Below are positions 1 through 15,556 of a stretch of 64,000 nucleotides of DNA, in pieces (positions within the stretch are counted from its first letter, which is position 1; every line of letters begins with the position of its first letter). A program made the translations under genes and the position numbers. The notes beneath the pieces were generated by a model that was not told the origin of the DNA, did not search any database, and worked only from the letters and a program-made list of their open reading frames with translations. The DNA is from the human T2T-CHM13v2.0 reference genome, Homo sapiens, in assembly GCF_009914755.1 (NCBI RefSeq), contig NC_060926.1. One strand, written 5' to 3'.

Positions 1-715
1 CAGCACAAAAGTGGGAAACAAGTAAGATTTGATGACACAATGAATTTAGAATTTTGATTTGTGTGTATATATGGTGGACTATGCATTCTAATGACCAAAT
101 TGAGATTTCATTTCTGACTTAAAATGACTGACAGTTCTGTCTACTACCTAGTGTAAGCTGAAAGGATTGGGATTTGACCAAGTTTTGATGTGGAGTAAGA
201 AAGATTACTGAGTACATTTTAAAGGTCAGTGGGAGGTAAAAATAAAGTTATGCCTTAGATATGTCAGAGTCACATTTTTAAACATACTGGTTACACAATG
301 ACTATTACTACTCCCTAAAATGTTCTCATAATAGCTAGTGTCGTGGGAGTTTTCTCAGCATGTATTATGGATATTGTTCAGTCTCACAATTTGAGGTAGT
401 GCTTCCTACTTTGGTATCCCTAAAGTCAAGTCAATCTAGACCAACTATATTGTATTGAGAAATTCGTATTAACTAACCTAAGCAATAGTTTAATTGTAGT
501 TAAAGTTCATAATAGTATTCCTAAGTAAATGAAGAATTCCTAAAGGACTTCTGAAGTAGTAACTAAGAATTCCATAATGCTAAGTATGATAAAGTAACTG
601 AGTTGAATGTATTTCTTTATTTTAATTCATGCTGAATATTGGTAATTTATTTAAGTGTGTAAGAAAATTACCAATCAGAATATTTATTAATGTAACAATT
701 ATATATATAATAATA

Positions 716-1251
716 CAACAGTCTTAACCATGGTTTCACCTTCCATGGTTTCAGTTACTCTTTGTCAGCCACAGTCTGAAAATACTAAATGGAAAATTCC
801 AGAAGTAAACAACTCATAAGTTTTAAATTGTCTGCTGTTCTGAGTAACATTTTGAAACCTTGCACTGTCATTTCACTCAGTCCTGCTTAGCACGGGAATC
901 ATTCCTTCATCCTGCATATCCACACTCTATGTTACCTATCTGTTATTCACTTACTGGCCACCCAGGTTGTAAGATTGACAGACCACAAGAAGAGTGAGTA
1001 CAGTACAGTAAGGTATTTTGAGAGACAGAGACTACATGCACATAACATTTATTATAGCATGTTGTTATAATTGTTCTATTATCATTATTGTTGTGAGTCT
1101 CTTACTATGCCCATTTATAAATTAAATTTTATCACAGGTATGTGTGCATAAGAAAAAACATGGTGTATATATAGAGTTCAACACTATCCATGGTTTCAGG
1201 TATCCACTGAGGGTTTTTGAACTTATTTACCTCCGATAAAGGGGGCTACTG
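716..1251. mobile_element. MER44/Tigger7-type non-autonomous TcMar DNA transposon
   Basis: Flanked by TA; ends ...gataaagggggctactg (Tigger terminal repeat); internal motifs aaaattccagaagtaaacaactcataagttttaaattg and ggtttcaggtatccactg. Confidence 0.75.
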
Positions 1252-2363
1252 TAGCTCTATGGGACTTTAGAGATTACCATGTATTTTCACCTTCTCTCTT
1301 TTGACCTTCCCAGCAATCTAACATCTATAATAGACTTCTTTACAGAAGTTTCTAGAGCTCTTTTGAGCTCACATGTGTATATACATATGGGTATATTTTG
1401 TGTTTGTCATTACGGATGCATATGTACACATGCTTATTTTGGGTGGAAATAAAGGAAAGGATGTCTTCTCCTCTGTGTTTACTAGAACCCTCTAGCCACC
1501 ATAGCCAATTCCATCTTTTCATCATTTGATAGGTTTTATAACCCATATTTTAATCTTCTCGTATGCATGTCTACTTTTCAGACAAAAATACATATATTGG
1601 TTCAAATTACTTTTCAAACATCTCATCTAGTTCTGGAGAAATAATATGAGAAATATATATTTACAGACTAAATGTGAAACTGAACACTGTTTTCAAGAAT
1701 CAAATCTCAAGTAAATTCTATGAAAATGTCTTATTCACTGTCAACAGGAGTCAGTATGTGCAAACAGGCTATATTCTTGACACTCAGTGTGATAACAATA
1801 TTCATTGATCTCAAGAGTTGCAAATGTTGACAAATATCTCCTTTACAATTTTATTTAGACTATATGGCATGACTGACAAATGTACTCATTATTTCCTTTA
1901 ATAGTTGGTCAGAGTATATATCTTAGAGTCTTAAAGCTTTTCTTCAAGAGAAAAAGTTCAGAGTTAAAGGCAGAAAAATAAGATTGATATTTACCTGAAA
2001 TCCAATAATGAAGAGTAAAGGCTTGTTCTTAATTTAAAATGTTTTATAAGACATTATCACACTTTAAATTTCATAAGAACACTCTAATGTAATTCATTAG
2101 TGTTATCTCAGCATGTTTGCTTCATTACTACGAAACTCAATCTTTATGAGAAATCCTGCCAAAGTTATACAATGCTGAAGATCATTGAAATCCAAGGGTA
2201 AGAGGTGATTTAAAGGTGCAGAAAATGATAATCCTACTATAAGGTCAGTGTCATTCAGGTACAGATTACATCCTGTAATCTGCTGTATGTGCCTGTCCTA
2301 GGGTTATTTAGAATAGAGGCTAACCTATTTCTGGAGTTCTGAAGTGGGTCTTAAGCTGGTGAT

Positions 2364-2406
2364 TGTGTGTGTGTGTGCGCACATGTGTATGTGTGTGTCT
2401 GTGTGT
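2364..2406. repeat. Imperfect (TG)n microsatellite
   Basis: Direct reading. Confidence 0.85.
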
Positions 2407-2700
2407 CAGTAGTAGGATTTCTAAGTAATCGAATGATAAATCAGAGAATAATTGATGGGCTACACATTTCAACACACAATTGGAGGGACAGCTGATTATA
2501 AAATCCACAGGGCAATTCTGAAGATGCTGGGGACAGGACTGAGCTGAAGAGTAGGGCTTGGCCCTTCAATTGCCAAATAAGCAATCACATGAATATAGCA
2601 CTGTCCTTTCATAGTATGTGAACAGATTAAACACATCTTTCGGAGAATATATTTGACAGAAAGAGACTGCTTCTCATTCTTCCTGGCTATTCTTCTCTTC

Positions 2701-2892
2701 ATAATGTCATAAAAGAGAAACCTACCTTGGATCATGTCAAACTTATTCATTACTCTTTAACTTTATAGCTCCTAAAAAGTACCTTCATTTAAAGGAAGAC
2801 CTCGGTTTTCCAGGTATTTACAGGAGCTATGAAATTAAAGAGTAATGTATAATTTTGAACGAGATCCAAGTCAACTTCTCTTCTGATATTAT
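2701..2892. repeat. Long imperfect palindrome (possible ancient MITE)
   Basis: Arm 2726-2773 is the near reverse complement of arm 2822-2870, with weaker extensions inward and outward. Confidence 0.8.
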
Positions 2893-2998
2893 CAGGTGGA
2901 AGCATGTGCACCTACTCCTTATGTCAATCAAATAGAACACACCTTCATACGTAAAGTCAGTATATCAGTATAGCAAGGGGGTAGGAGCACAGACTCTG

Positions 2999-3784
2999 CC
3001 AGTTTCCTATTGTTGCTGTAACAAATTGTCACAAACTTGGTGGCTTAAAACAACATAAATTTATTCTTTGACAGTTCTGAAGGTCAATATCCAGGACTGG
3101 TTTCACCGGGCTAAAGTCTAGGTGCAAGCAGAGCTGATCCCTTCTGGGGAGTCTCAGGAAGAGTCCATTTCTTTGCCTTTTCCAGCTTCTGGAAGCCACC
3201 TGCCTTTCTTGGCTCAGGGCCTTGTATTATGTCATCCTCTTGCTTCCATAGTCATGACCCCTACTTCCTCCTTTGTCCTGGCCTCCCCCTTACAAATTTC
3301 CTTGTGATTACATTTAGAGTACCTCCAGATAAGTCAAGATAATTTCCTATCTCAAGATCCTCAACACATGCATAGTTACAGCTATATGGGAGGAACAAGT
3401 TCTAGTGTTCTCTAGCACTGCAAGGAATGAATATGGTTAACACTAATTTGGTGTACGTTTTCAAAACATTACAAAGAAGATTCTGAATGGTCACAACATT
3501 AAGAAATGATAAATGTTTGTGGTGATGAATAGGCTAATTTCCTTGATTTGATCATTACATGTTATATCATGTATGTATATGTACAAATATGACTTTGTAC
3601 CCTATAAATATGTACAATTATTATGTGTCAACAAATTTTTTTTAAAAAGTAGCATCTTCCTCCCATCAAAAATCCTTTCACTTAATCACACTGGCAAGTC
3701 CCCTTTTCCATACGAGGTAAGAATCAAAGGTTCTGGGGATGAGGACCTAGATATTATTTGGAGGGCATTGTTCAGCATACCACA
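2999..3784 (-). mobile_element. MLT1-type MaLR LTR interrupted by an L1M fragment
   Basis: Typical gctgtaacaaat...ggtggcttaaaacaacataaatttattct...cagttctg end; resumes near 3660 and ends ...ataccaca. Confidence 0.7.
3370..3650 (+). mobile_element. L1MA-type 3' end fragment
   Basis: aggaacaagttctagtgttc...gaaatgataaatgtttg...cttgatttgatcattaca...ataaatatgtacaattattatgtgtcaa motifs. Confidence 0.7.
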
Positions 3785-3823
3785 GACTCCAAAATCAGAT
3801 CACAGTAACTTGCATATCAGTAT

Positions 3824-4322
3824 TGCTGAGACAATGTTCCAAGGTTCTCTCACATTTCTGTCCACCTTGGGAAAAGAGAAGCCAAGTGCCTTAGACTCTA
3901 TTTTCAAGGATGTTAATAAGGTAAATGTCCTTGGAAGATAGAGATTACATCTCTCTCTGAAGCAAAAGGCAGGTTTGCTTATAGGCTTAGAACATGGAGA
4001 AAGTAACTTTTTCTGGAGCAATCAACAGGCATGCTTATTGTTAAGAGAAAAAAAAATGGGCATTCCCTAAGCTCCAGATTCGTCTCTTGTAACATGTGCC
4101 ATGGTATGTGCAGGTGTCACCTTTGGGTTACCCTGTGGGGAGTACAGATCAGGATCCTGAAACAAAATTACAGATACTCTGGCTATTGTTATTGATCTTA
4201 GTAATAAACTGTACTTTGTCTCTGAAGTTTCATGTCTCCTGCCAGCATCCATGAATGTGTAGCAGGCTAATGTTTTAGTTTACAAACATAATAAAATCTC
4301 AGTGCTTTCACAGTTCTTGACA
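3824..4322 (+). mobile_element. Solo ERV-type LTR (family not assigned)
   Basis: TG...CA termini, AATAAA at ~4203, ends ttcacagttcttgaca like known ERV LTR ends. Confidence 0.55.
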
Positions 4323-4324
4323 AG

Positions 4325-4515
4325 TGGTATCACTTACTAGCTATGTAACTTTGCGAAAAGACTTCACCTGTCTGAGTCTCAATTTCCAATCTATAAAATG
4401 GAGCTAATAATAATGCTGACCTCGGGGAGCTGTTGAGTGGATTGTATGGGACAATGAACATAACGTGAGCAATCTTGATACAGAGTAAGTACTCATTAAA
4501 TGTTCACTATTATTG
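4325..4515 (+). mobile_element. MIR SINE core and 3' part (5' part probably at 2966-2998)
   Basis: ctagctatgtaactttg...tctgagtctcaatttcc..tctataaaatgg..ataata core. Confidence 0.7.
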
Positions 4516-4683
4516 CTGTCATTGATTTTATTATCACAAAATAAGGTGGTATAGTCTAAAATTAAAAGGATACATCTAGAGGACATAATGTTCTGCCAAA
4601 CTTGCATCTAATTATAATAGAGGTCAAATTTTGTACTCTTGGGCCCATACTTTACGTAAAATTATAAAAATCACCGTTGGGGA

Positions 4684-5028
4684 CTGTAATCCCAGCACTT
4701 TGTGGGGCTCAGGCAAGTGGATCACTTGAGCCCAGGAGTTTGCAACCAGCTGGGGCAACATGGTGAAAGGCTGTCACTACAAAAAATACAAAAAAAAAAA
4801 AAAAAAAAATTAGCTGAGCATGGTGGCACACACCTGTGTTCCTAGCCACTTGAGGGGCTGAGGAGGGAAGATCACTTGAGTGCAGGAGGAGGAGGATGCA
4901 GTGAGTCGTGATCACACCACTGCACTCCAGCCTGGATGACAGAGTAAGACTCTGTCTCAAAAAAAATAAAATAAAATAAAATAAATAAACAAATAAATAA
5001 ATAAAATAAAAATAAAAAGAAAAGAAAA
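4684..5028 (+). mobile_element. AluJ-type element lacking its first ~20 nt, with extended middle A tract
   Basis: Dimeric Alu; TSD aatcac(c/a)gttggg at ~4669-4681 and ~5030-5042. Confidence 0.9.
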
Positions 5029-5559
5029 GAATCACAGTTGGGAAGAACTGTACATATAAATCTTATGTTTGCATTGTTTTACTTGCAGTATGACTTACGA
5101 CTTGAAGTAGATGAATTGAATCTTCATCAATGCCACAACAAAAGAAGCGGCAAAATTATCACCCTTTTCAACCCACATTATCCCTATACGTCTATTATGA
5201 AAAAAGTTTGGTAAAGAAAGCCTTTGTATTATGTAAAACAGTGACCTCAAGTCCCCAGTTTAATTATAGGATCTATGGAAACTACAGTTTTTCTGTTAAA
5301 GCTGCAAGCATTAATATTCAAATCTAGGTAAAAATGCTTTGAATTCTTTTTAATACTTTAAAAATATGAAATGATATGAAAGGTTATTTTAACATTTCTT
5401 CTATTTAAATATCTGCATTTGAGTAGAATGAAGGCATACAGTTTAAAAACAAGTACTGCACTAGTGGAATACATGTAACAATAAATTGAATAGTAAATTA
5501 TCATTTTTATATTATTTCCTTCCTGGTAAAATTATAATTCATATTACAATGAAAAATAA

Positions 5560-7208
<1,649 letters not shown>

Positions 7209-8545
7209 AAGAGCATCTATCTTGTTCTGTTAGAGAAAGTAACAATTACACCTGGCAAGAATGGCTAATTTAAATTCTCTAACCATTTAATCTAACTTTG
7301 CCTCCTGTTGATACCCCTTTTATTTTCTAGCGCAGTACCCTACTTTAGTTTCTTTATAGCAGTTATCATTATCTTATTCATTTATGTGTTTACTGGCTTA
7401 TTATTCCCTTTCTGCTGTTGGATATATGCTAAATATGAAGCTTTATCCTCTTTACTGAAGCATTCCTATCACCTAGAACAGCACCTGGCCCCGATACGGC
7501 ATTCACTTTTTATTGACTGAAAAATAATAAATCAAGTAATTAATTTTTAAAAAAGGAATAGTATGAATTTTACAAAAATTTTGACAAAGATTCCAGGTGG
7601 GTGAAAAAATACACATAGTAAATATCTCGTCTTTATGGAAGTTTATCTTTAATAAATCAGTAATATGTTTTCGCTTAGCAGATGAAATGAGATACATGTA
7701 AATATAACAATGGACAATTTCCTTTCTCATTGATTTGATTGCTGTTTTCACCCATGAGATTCCTCAAAGCCAACAGTATATGCAACATTTAGGGGGTTTT
7801 CAATAAACCTCTAGGAGAAAAAAAATCAAATAATGAATAAAGATGGATTTTTTTGGAAATGTTGTTGTTTTTATTTCTTAAGAGGGAGAATCTGAGCTTA
7901 CATAAAAGATGTCCAAGATATTTATGTTTATTTACAAACAGCAAACTCTTTATACCCTTGTACTTCAAACTACGTAAATTTATCAATGTCTCAGAATTTC
8001 TATCAAGCTTCCAAATCATGTGTCAAACTAAGCATTGCCTCGCAGTCTTCAGGTTGAAAGGTAGACACTCTACCTAAATAAGTGAATACACATAGAATTT
8101 AATTTTTCTGATGCCAAGAATGACAAGTTGTCATTTGCCAAATCTAAGTCTCTGCTTTGACACGTTAATCTCATATTGTAATGTGTATCATTATTCTCTT
8201 TAATGGAAAGAAAAAAGATAAACTAATAAAAGATATTAAGCTGTTCCTTGTGTAGAAAGACAAAAATGTTAAATATATTTCAGGTGTGAAAATTTGCAAA
8301 ATGTTCTCATAACCTTCATACTGTCAAAGCAGTACTGGACAGATATGCCTGGCGGTCATTGTGGCTATTAGAGTCGATCTCTGTTGTGATAGGTGGAATG
8401 CAAAGAACCACCAATGTCCTTGATATTATTCTCAAAGTTAAGATTATTAGCAGGAACATCCAGTCATAGTACAGGAGCTGACACAGTTTAAAAGGAAACC
8501 AAGAACTCTCTATGTTGCATTTTGGTCCTTGAAAGTGTCTGTGTC

Positions 8546-8860
8546 GGCCAGGCATGGTGGCTCATGCCTGTAAACCCAGCTCTTTGGGAAGCTGAGGCAG
8601 GCAGATCACCTGAGGTCAGGAGTTTGAGACCAACCTGGCCAACATGGTGAAACCCCGTCTCTAGTAAAAATACAAAAATTAGTCAGGCATGATGGTGCAC
8701 ACCTGCAATCCCAGCTCCTCAGGAGGCTGAGGCAAGGGAATCACTTAAACTTCGGAGGCGGAGGTTGCAGTGAGCCAAGATTGCAGCACTGCACTCCAGC
8801 CTGGGCGACAGAGCAAGACTCTATCAAAAATTAATAATAATAATAATAATAATAATAAAT
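8546..8860 (+). mobile_element. AluS element with (TAA)n tail
   Basis: Full dimer; TSD aagtgtctg(t/g)gtc at 8533-8545 and 8863-8875. Confidence 0.93.
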
Positions 8861-10751
8861 GCAAGTGTCTGGGTCAAAAACAAAACAACGTAAATTTTAT
8901 CTACTTAGACAGAATGTGCAATTTCTTTGTCCATCTAAAACTGTCAGGACCCTATCATCTGCTATCACATTAAGAGAAAAGTAGGCAGACAGCCTCTGTC
9001 ACATCCAATTTAAAGTGAAAATCTTAAATTAGATACTCCTTTGGAATTTTAAATTATGCAGGATTTACGTTGCCTTAATCCGTAAATTATATTAAAGACA
9101 AAAACAGGTACGTTTTTATTTTAGCATAGAAAGTATACTTTTTATCAGGTTTGATTTAAAGTAAAGTTGTGTTGAATGAAGAATATTCTCATGCTCTCAT
9201 TTCCTCTAAAAGATTGGAGAGACCACCATTTACACCATCCATGCTGTAAATAATTTTAGTCTATCTCTCTGCTTTTATTTTCTCATCTTTTCTCATCTCA
9301 ATAAAGTTCTGATTCATTCTGCACCAAACAACGTGATTGATCCTCCTAAAATATCACTTTGTTCACATTATTCTTTGACTCAAAAGCATTTCTTTTTATT
9401 CCTTTGGGATTTTTTCCAAACTCCTTCACTTACCTTCAAGGCCCTTTATTTTAGCGCATTTTAGTGCCTTTCACTTTCGACTCTCTTGTGCCATTATTAT
9501 CTGTAAAGGAACCTCCAGCAGCTTTCCATTTAGGTCCCCCACACCCTCTTTCCAGAGATTGTGCTTTTCTTTTTTTATCATGGAATTTCTGGTTGCAGAA
9601 ACATCCTCCTCTCCCTCTTTAATGTTTCTCCATTAAGATCTAGTCCAAACACCATCTCCTGCCGAAGGAGTTATCTGAGTATACCCACATAAAGATATCT
9701 CTTGCTTCCTGTGAATATCCATTACATAGGCATTCTCTATTAATCATATATTTCTTCAAGACAGCTTTGAACTTATTAATTAAATGCTGCAGTGTCTTGA
9801 AACTTTTTGTGTGCTTATATCATCTCCAAAGGTAGATTATGAACCCCTTGAAGGCAGAAGTCATTCCCTAAAATTCCTTTTATCTCCTGCGATATAGCTA
9901 TCGTGATGTCCTTCATACAATAAGCACACAATTAATGTTCCTCAAATTATGTATTTCTAAAATATTCAAGAAGTAAGCAGACTTTATACATGAGGAAACA
10001 GGTCCAGAATCATTAGTTAACATGCCTAAAAATGACTGGCAGCCAGTGAAGATCTGGTTTGATTTATTATTTGCAATCTTTTCTACTGATACCAAAGTTA
10101 ACATTCTTTTGTTACTAGATTACTTGTTCCTAAGCCAAATAATTTATAATATACATTGGTTTTATTAAAATATATCTCTATCTGTTTTTATGTATATGAC
10201 TTCATATATGTACCTATAAATAAAAATAGATATAAATGTTTTAAGTTTCTCTGGAGATACTGATATTCCAAGGGCAACTCTAGAAAACTTCATTTCAGTG
10301 ATGTGTAAAGTAAAAAATAAAATGCAAGAATTGTGATGACAATGTGGACATTGATATTTTTCATGCATTTTGAGTGACATGATCAATAGTCTAATGAAAA
10401 CCAACTATTACAAGTCTCTGAAATCCTATTAAATTTCATCTTCTACCATACAGCACTGTAAACATATCAGTATAAATTGACATTTCCCAGAAGATGGATA
10501 ATAGTTCAGTTTTAATTCCGATAATATTTAGAATATAGTAGACAACACCAAGTCCCATTTTATAATGAAGGCTTTAATACACTGGTATATGAAAACAGAG
10601 AAACAATGTTACTGAAGAAATAACATTAAAAAATATTTTTGAACCAACCAGAAGAACTTGAGTTCTGGTTAAAGCTAGTCTGACACACACTGGATTTATC
10701 CTTTTAAAGTGCTTCATCTCTGGGTAGTTTGATGTTAATGTCACAGTGTCA

Positions 10752-11033
<282 letters not shown>

Positions 11034-12101
11034 TTAATCTTCTTTACACTGCATAATGCCACCGTTTAACTGGCACAATTAGCGTTTTTTAAATTCAATG
11101 CTAAAAATTAAACTCTAAAATATGCCAAATGTATCTTGATGCAAGAAGGCCAGCTAATTGCATTACTTTAATTAAAACAGAAATTACTTCCGCAAATGGG
11201 TTATATGTAGTTAATTATCCCTTTGTCTGTAACTGTCTGGATAGCAAAAACATGACAGATCATTAGATAACTTGTAACTTGTAAAACCGGCATTTATTAA
11301 AACATCGGGCACATTTAATTTTATAATGTATTATAATCTATCTAACATTTTCTGTCGATACTAACTGTACCATTCATTATATTTGACAATGCTAAAAACT
11401 TCAGAAAATTTAAGACACACCAACCCCAAGTTTGCATCTACAAATTGTCAGAGGCAAACAAAGAATCATATAGTATCACTAACTTGCATGTGAATATATT
11501 ACAGTTGCCCAAACATGTGACTTATTCTTTTTAGAAATAAAATTAAATACCAGTTATAGCATCCCTTTATCTTCAAATTTTAATTAGAATGTTAGAGGCT
11601 GATGCTGTCTGACAGTAACTCTGATGTACAACACAGGCCTTATCAAAAACAAAACGAAAATGAAAACCCCAAGCAAAAAACTGTCTCCTGAGTTTAAAAT
11701 GTCAGCATCAAGGTAGCTCTTTCTATAAAATGAATTCCTTATTTTAGACTTCTATATAAAAATATATACAAGATTCTCCAATTATCGGAGCATCTTATAC
11801 TTGGTTAACTGTGTATAATTTTAAAGGAAATAGTTTTTATATACAAGGAAAAACATACTGAGCTTTATTAATAAAACTGAAGATACAAAAGACTCAGCTG
11901 TATTTGGATAACAACACAATAATTGATATTCATAGTAAAGTAAAATAATATATTATTAAAATTTGGAAAATAATAAAATAAAAAATAAGCAATTATTTAT
12001 AAACCTAACAATACAAAGTATATTAACATTTATATTTCTTTTCTTGTGTTTTTTAAATTAGGGTAATTGAATATTAAATATATATAAAAGAATATTGGTA
12101 A

Positions 12102-13299
12102 TTTTTTAAAAAATTTTACTTTAAGTTCTGGGTACATATGCAGAGTGTGCAGGTTTGTTACATAGATAGCATACATGCACCATGGTGGTTTGCTGCACCT
12201 ATCAACCGGTCATCTAGGTTTTAAGCCCCACATGCATTTGGTATTTGTCCTAATGCTGTCCCTCCCCTTGCCCTTCATCCCTGACAGGCCCCGTTGTGTG
12301 TTGTTCCCCTCCCTGTGTCCATGTGTTCACATTGTTCAACTCCAACTTATGAGTGAAAACATGCAGGGTTTGGTTACACCTTACACCTTATACAAAAATT
12401 AACTCAAGATGGATTAAAGACTTAAATGTAAACCAAAACCATAAAAATCCTAGAATAAAACCTAGGGAATACCATTCAGGACACAGGCATGGGGAACGAC
12501 TTCATGACTGAAACACCAACAGCAATTGCAACAAAAGCCAAAGTTGGCAAATGGGATCTAATTAAACCAAAGAGCTTCTGCACAGCAAAAGATACTAGCA
12601 TCAGAGTGAATGGGCAACCTACAGAATGGGAGAACATTTTCGCAATCTACCCATTTGACAAAGGACTAGTATCCAGAATCTACAAGGAACTTAAACACAT
12701 TTACAAGAAAAAACCAAAAAACATCAAAAAGTGGGCAAAGGATATGAACAGACACTTCTCAAAAGAAGACATTTATGCAGCCAACAAACACGAATAAAAG
12801 CTCAACATCACCTGTCATTAGAGAAATGCAAATCAAAACCACAATGAGATACTATCTCGCACCAGTCAAAATGGCAATTATTAAAAAGTCAGGAAACAAT
12901 AGATGCTGGCAAGGTTGTGGAGAAATAGAAACGCTTTTACATTGTTGGTGGGAGTGTAAATTAGTTCAACCATTCTGGAAGACAGTGTGGCGATCCCTCA
13001 AGCATATACAATCAGAAATACTATTTTACTCAGCAGTCCCATTACTGGCTATATACCCAAAGGATTATAAATCATTCTACTATAAAGATACATGCACATG
13101 TATGCTTACTGCAGCATTATTTAAATAGCAAAGACCTGGAACCAACCCAAATGCCCATCAATGAAAGACTGGATAAAGAAAATGTGGAACATATACGCCG
13201 TGGAATACTATGCAGCCATAAAAAAGAATGAGATCATGTCCTTTGCAGGGATATAGATGAAGCTAGAAGCAATCATTCTCAGCAAATTAGCACACAAAC
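12102..13299 (-). mobile_element. 5'-inverted L1PA7/8-type LINE-1: 3' end on minus (12102-12374), inverted ORF2 segment on plus (12375-13299)
   Basis: taggttttaagccccacatgcatt 3'UTR of older L1PA; degraded ORF2 peptides 12489-13128; the two segments are nearly contiguous in L1 coordinates. Confidence 0.88.
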
Positions 13300-14469
13300 T
13301 GATAACATATTTTAATATATAAAGAATAAAAATAAAACAAATCCCAGGTACCTAGCAAAAATGTGAAAAATATTTCCAGTACACTGGAAGACATAAATGT
13401 GCCCCAAACCCATTCTCCTCCAACTGAGAAAGAGCCGATATCTTGATTGTTGTGTTTATTTTAAATTTTTAAAAGAGTTTTAACACATATGTAGTGTATT
13501 TCCCGGCAGCAGATTGTTTAATTTTGCATGTTTGAATTGCATGTGTGAATTTTGTGATTAATATTATTTTTATTATATCCTTGATATTCATCCATTCTTC
13601 TTGTAGTCATACTTCACTCATTTTCATTGCTGTATAGCATTCCTTTGTATGACTGCTTCATATTTAATGTATGTAGGTATTTTTTCAATGTATATTTACT
13701 TATATCAAAATAGATACTCAATTTTATACTCTGCTCTTATTAATTTTAGAATCAAGATTATTGTCTATGTTGAACCATTATCTTAAGCCTTGTTTCTATT
13801 TGATATATAATAATTTACCAAGTCATTTTCCAAATGGTTTTCTGTTTTCATCATTATAATAATACTGAGATAAGCATAATTTTTTCAATTTAGCATTTCA
13901 CACATTTTCTTAGACGAAATTACAGAATAAAGTACATTAACATCCTTGTCTTCATTGCCCTCATAGCCTCTCAGTGTCTACCTGATGTCAAGGGCATTTC
14001 TTTTAAAATAATACTTTATATTATTTTAAAGTATATTGATACATTTGAAAATCATTAACATTTCTAGAGTATTTTCTATCAACATTAGATACTTACATAC
14101 TTTTATATTTTTCAAAAATTGGGATCTTGTATATAAATTCTTTTTACTGTAATGACTTTTTGTCAAGCCATTAAAAAGTCTTCAAAAACTTTCCTTTCAA
14201 TGGCAGCATAATATTTCCTACTAGAGAAGCAACATAATATAGTCGGCTGCTTACCTATTGTTGGATAGCTATATTGTTTCTGAGTTGCTATTATTACAAA
14301 TACATTTAATTTCCTTAATCAAAAGTAAAGTAGGATAACTTGTGAAATGATGTTGTCAGTTTTATGATCATTATATTTATTAGCAAATGTCTTACGAACT
14401 GTGACATCGATTTCTAATTATATTAGCAATACATGGGAATCCCGGTTTTACAGCACCCATTTTGCTAAT

Positions 14470-14705
14470 ATCTCAGCTTATTGCAACCTCTGCCACCTGG
14501 GCTCAAGCTATCCTCCTACTTCAGCCTCCCAAGTAGCTGGGTCTACAGGAGTGTGCCACCATGCCTGTCTAATTTTTGTAGCTTTTTTAGAGCCTAGGTT
14601 TTGCAATGTTGCCCAGGCTCTTATTGAAATCCTGGGCTCAAGTGATCCACCTGCCTCAGCCTCCCAAAGTGCTGAAATCACAGGCCTGAGCCACAACACT
14701 CGCCC
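14470..14705 (-). mobile_element. AluJ-type fragment lacking its 3' end and tail
   Basis: gcaacctctgccacctgggctcaag...cctcccaaagtgctg. Confidence 0.88.
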
Positions 14706-15556
14706 TTGTTGTTACTTCTAATGGATGTCTTAATTGGTAATTGATAAACCTAGTACTTCATTGATGTAATATGTGTGATTGTTTGTTTGTGTATGTAGGT
14801 ATGTATGTTTTAAATAAGAATGGCAATGATTTTCCCCATTATTTTCTTTGGTCATTTCCTAGGTATTCTTTAATACCTACTTAAGTTTCTCTAGTGTGTC
14901 TTCTTGTACTACAGACAATTGAATAGTAAAAAATACATTTCACAGACACTCATATAGCCAAGGGTAGTGGATTTCATTTGACTACCTAAAATCAGATATG
15001 CTAGCTCAAGTTTAGAATATGGAAGTGAGCCAAAGGTCCCCTTTTTGCCGCTTCTGCTGGTATCAATCTAATGGAGACACTGAATTTTTCCACAGCAGTC
15101 TTCCTCCATTCTATATCAAGAGGTGAGGAACAGGGTGTCTCTCCTCTCCTCCTCTTCTTTATTTTTTGCCAGTTAGGGACTATCAGATGAGACTTAACTC
15201 TACATCTGATAGTTGTGGGGCAAGCTTTCTAATCCCTGGATCTCAGCTAAATGGTATGTTTTTAAAGTTAACATTTTCATTTGTGGCTCCCTGATGCTCT
15301 AGCTTCTGAGTATGGTAGATGTTCCAGCTTTCAGCCAGGTTGGTTTAATGGTGTTTGGTGGAATGTTCCAAAGACCCAGTCTAGAAGCTACTGGTCCAGG
15401 TTTTTAAATGATTTTGTAGGCACCTATTTACATTAAATCTCTTGTTGCTTCAAATAGCTGGAGTTGTTTCTGATGACTTTCAATGTACTCCAGGTGATGT
15501 ACTACATTAGGGACAATTGAATAATAGGCAATTCTGATCTTATGTTTTTCCTCCAA

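Noticed and set aside
1985-2020. Possible recursive splice site (ttcag|gtaaat on minus)
   Set aside because: Weak polypyrimidine tract and donor; such motifs are common.
2262-2282. 9-bp hairpin cagattaca-tcc-tgtaatctg (similar ones near 52396 and 52472)
   Set aside because: Stems of 8-9 bp are expected by chance several times in 64 kb of AT-rich DNA.
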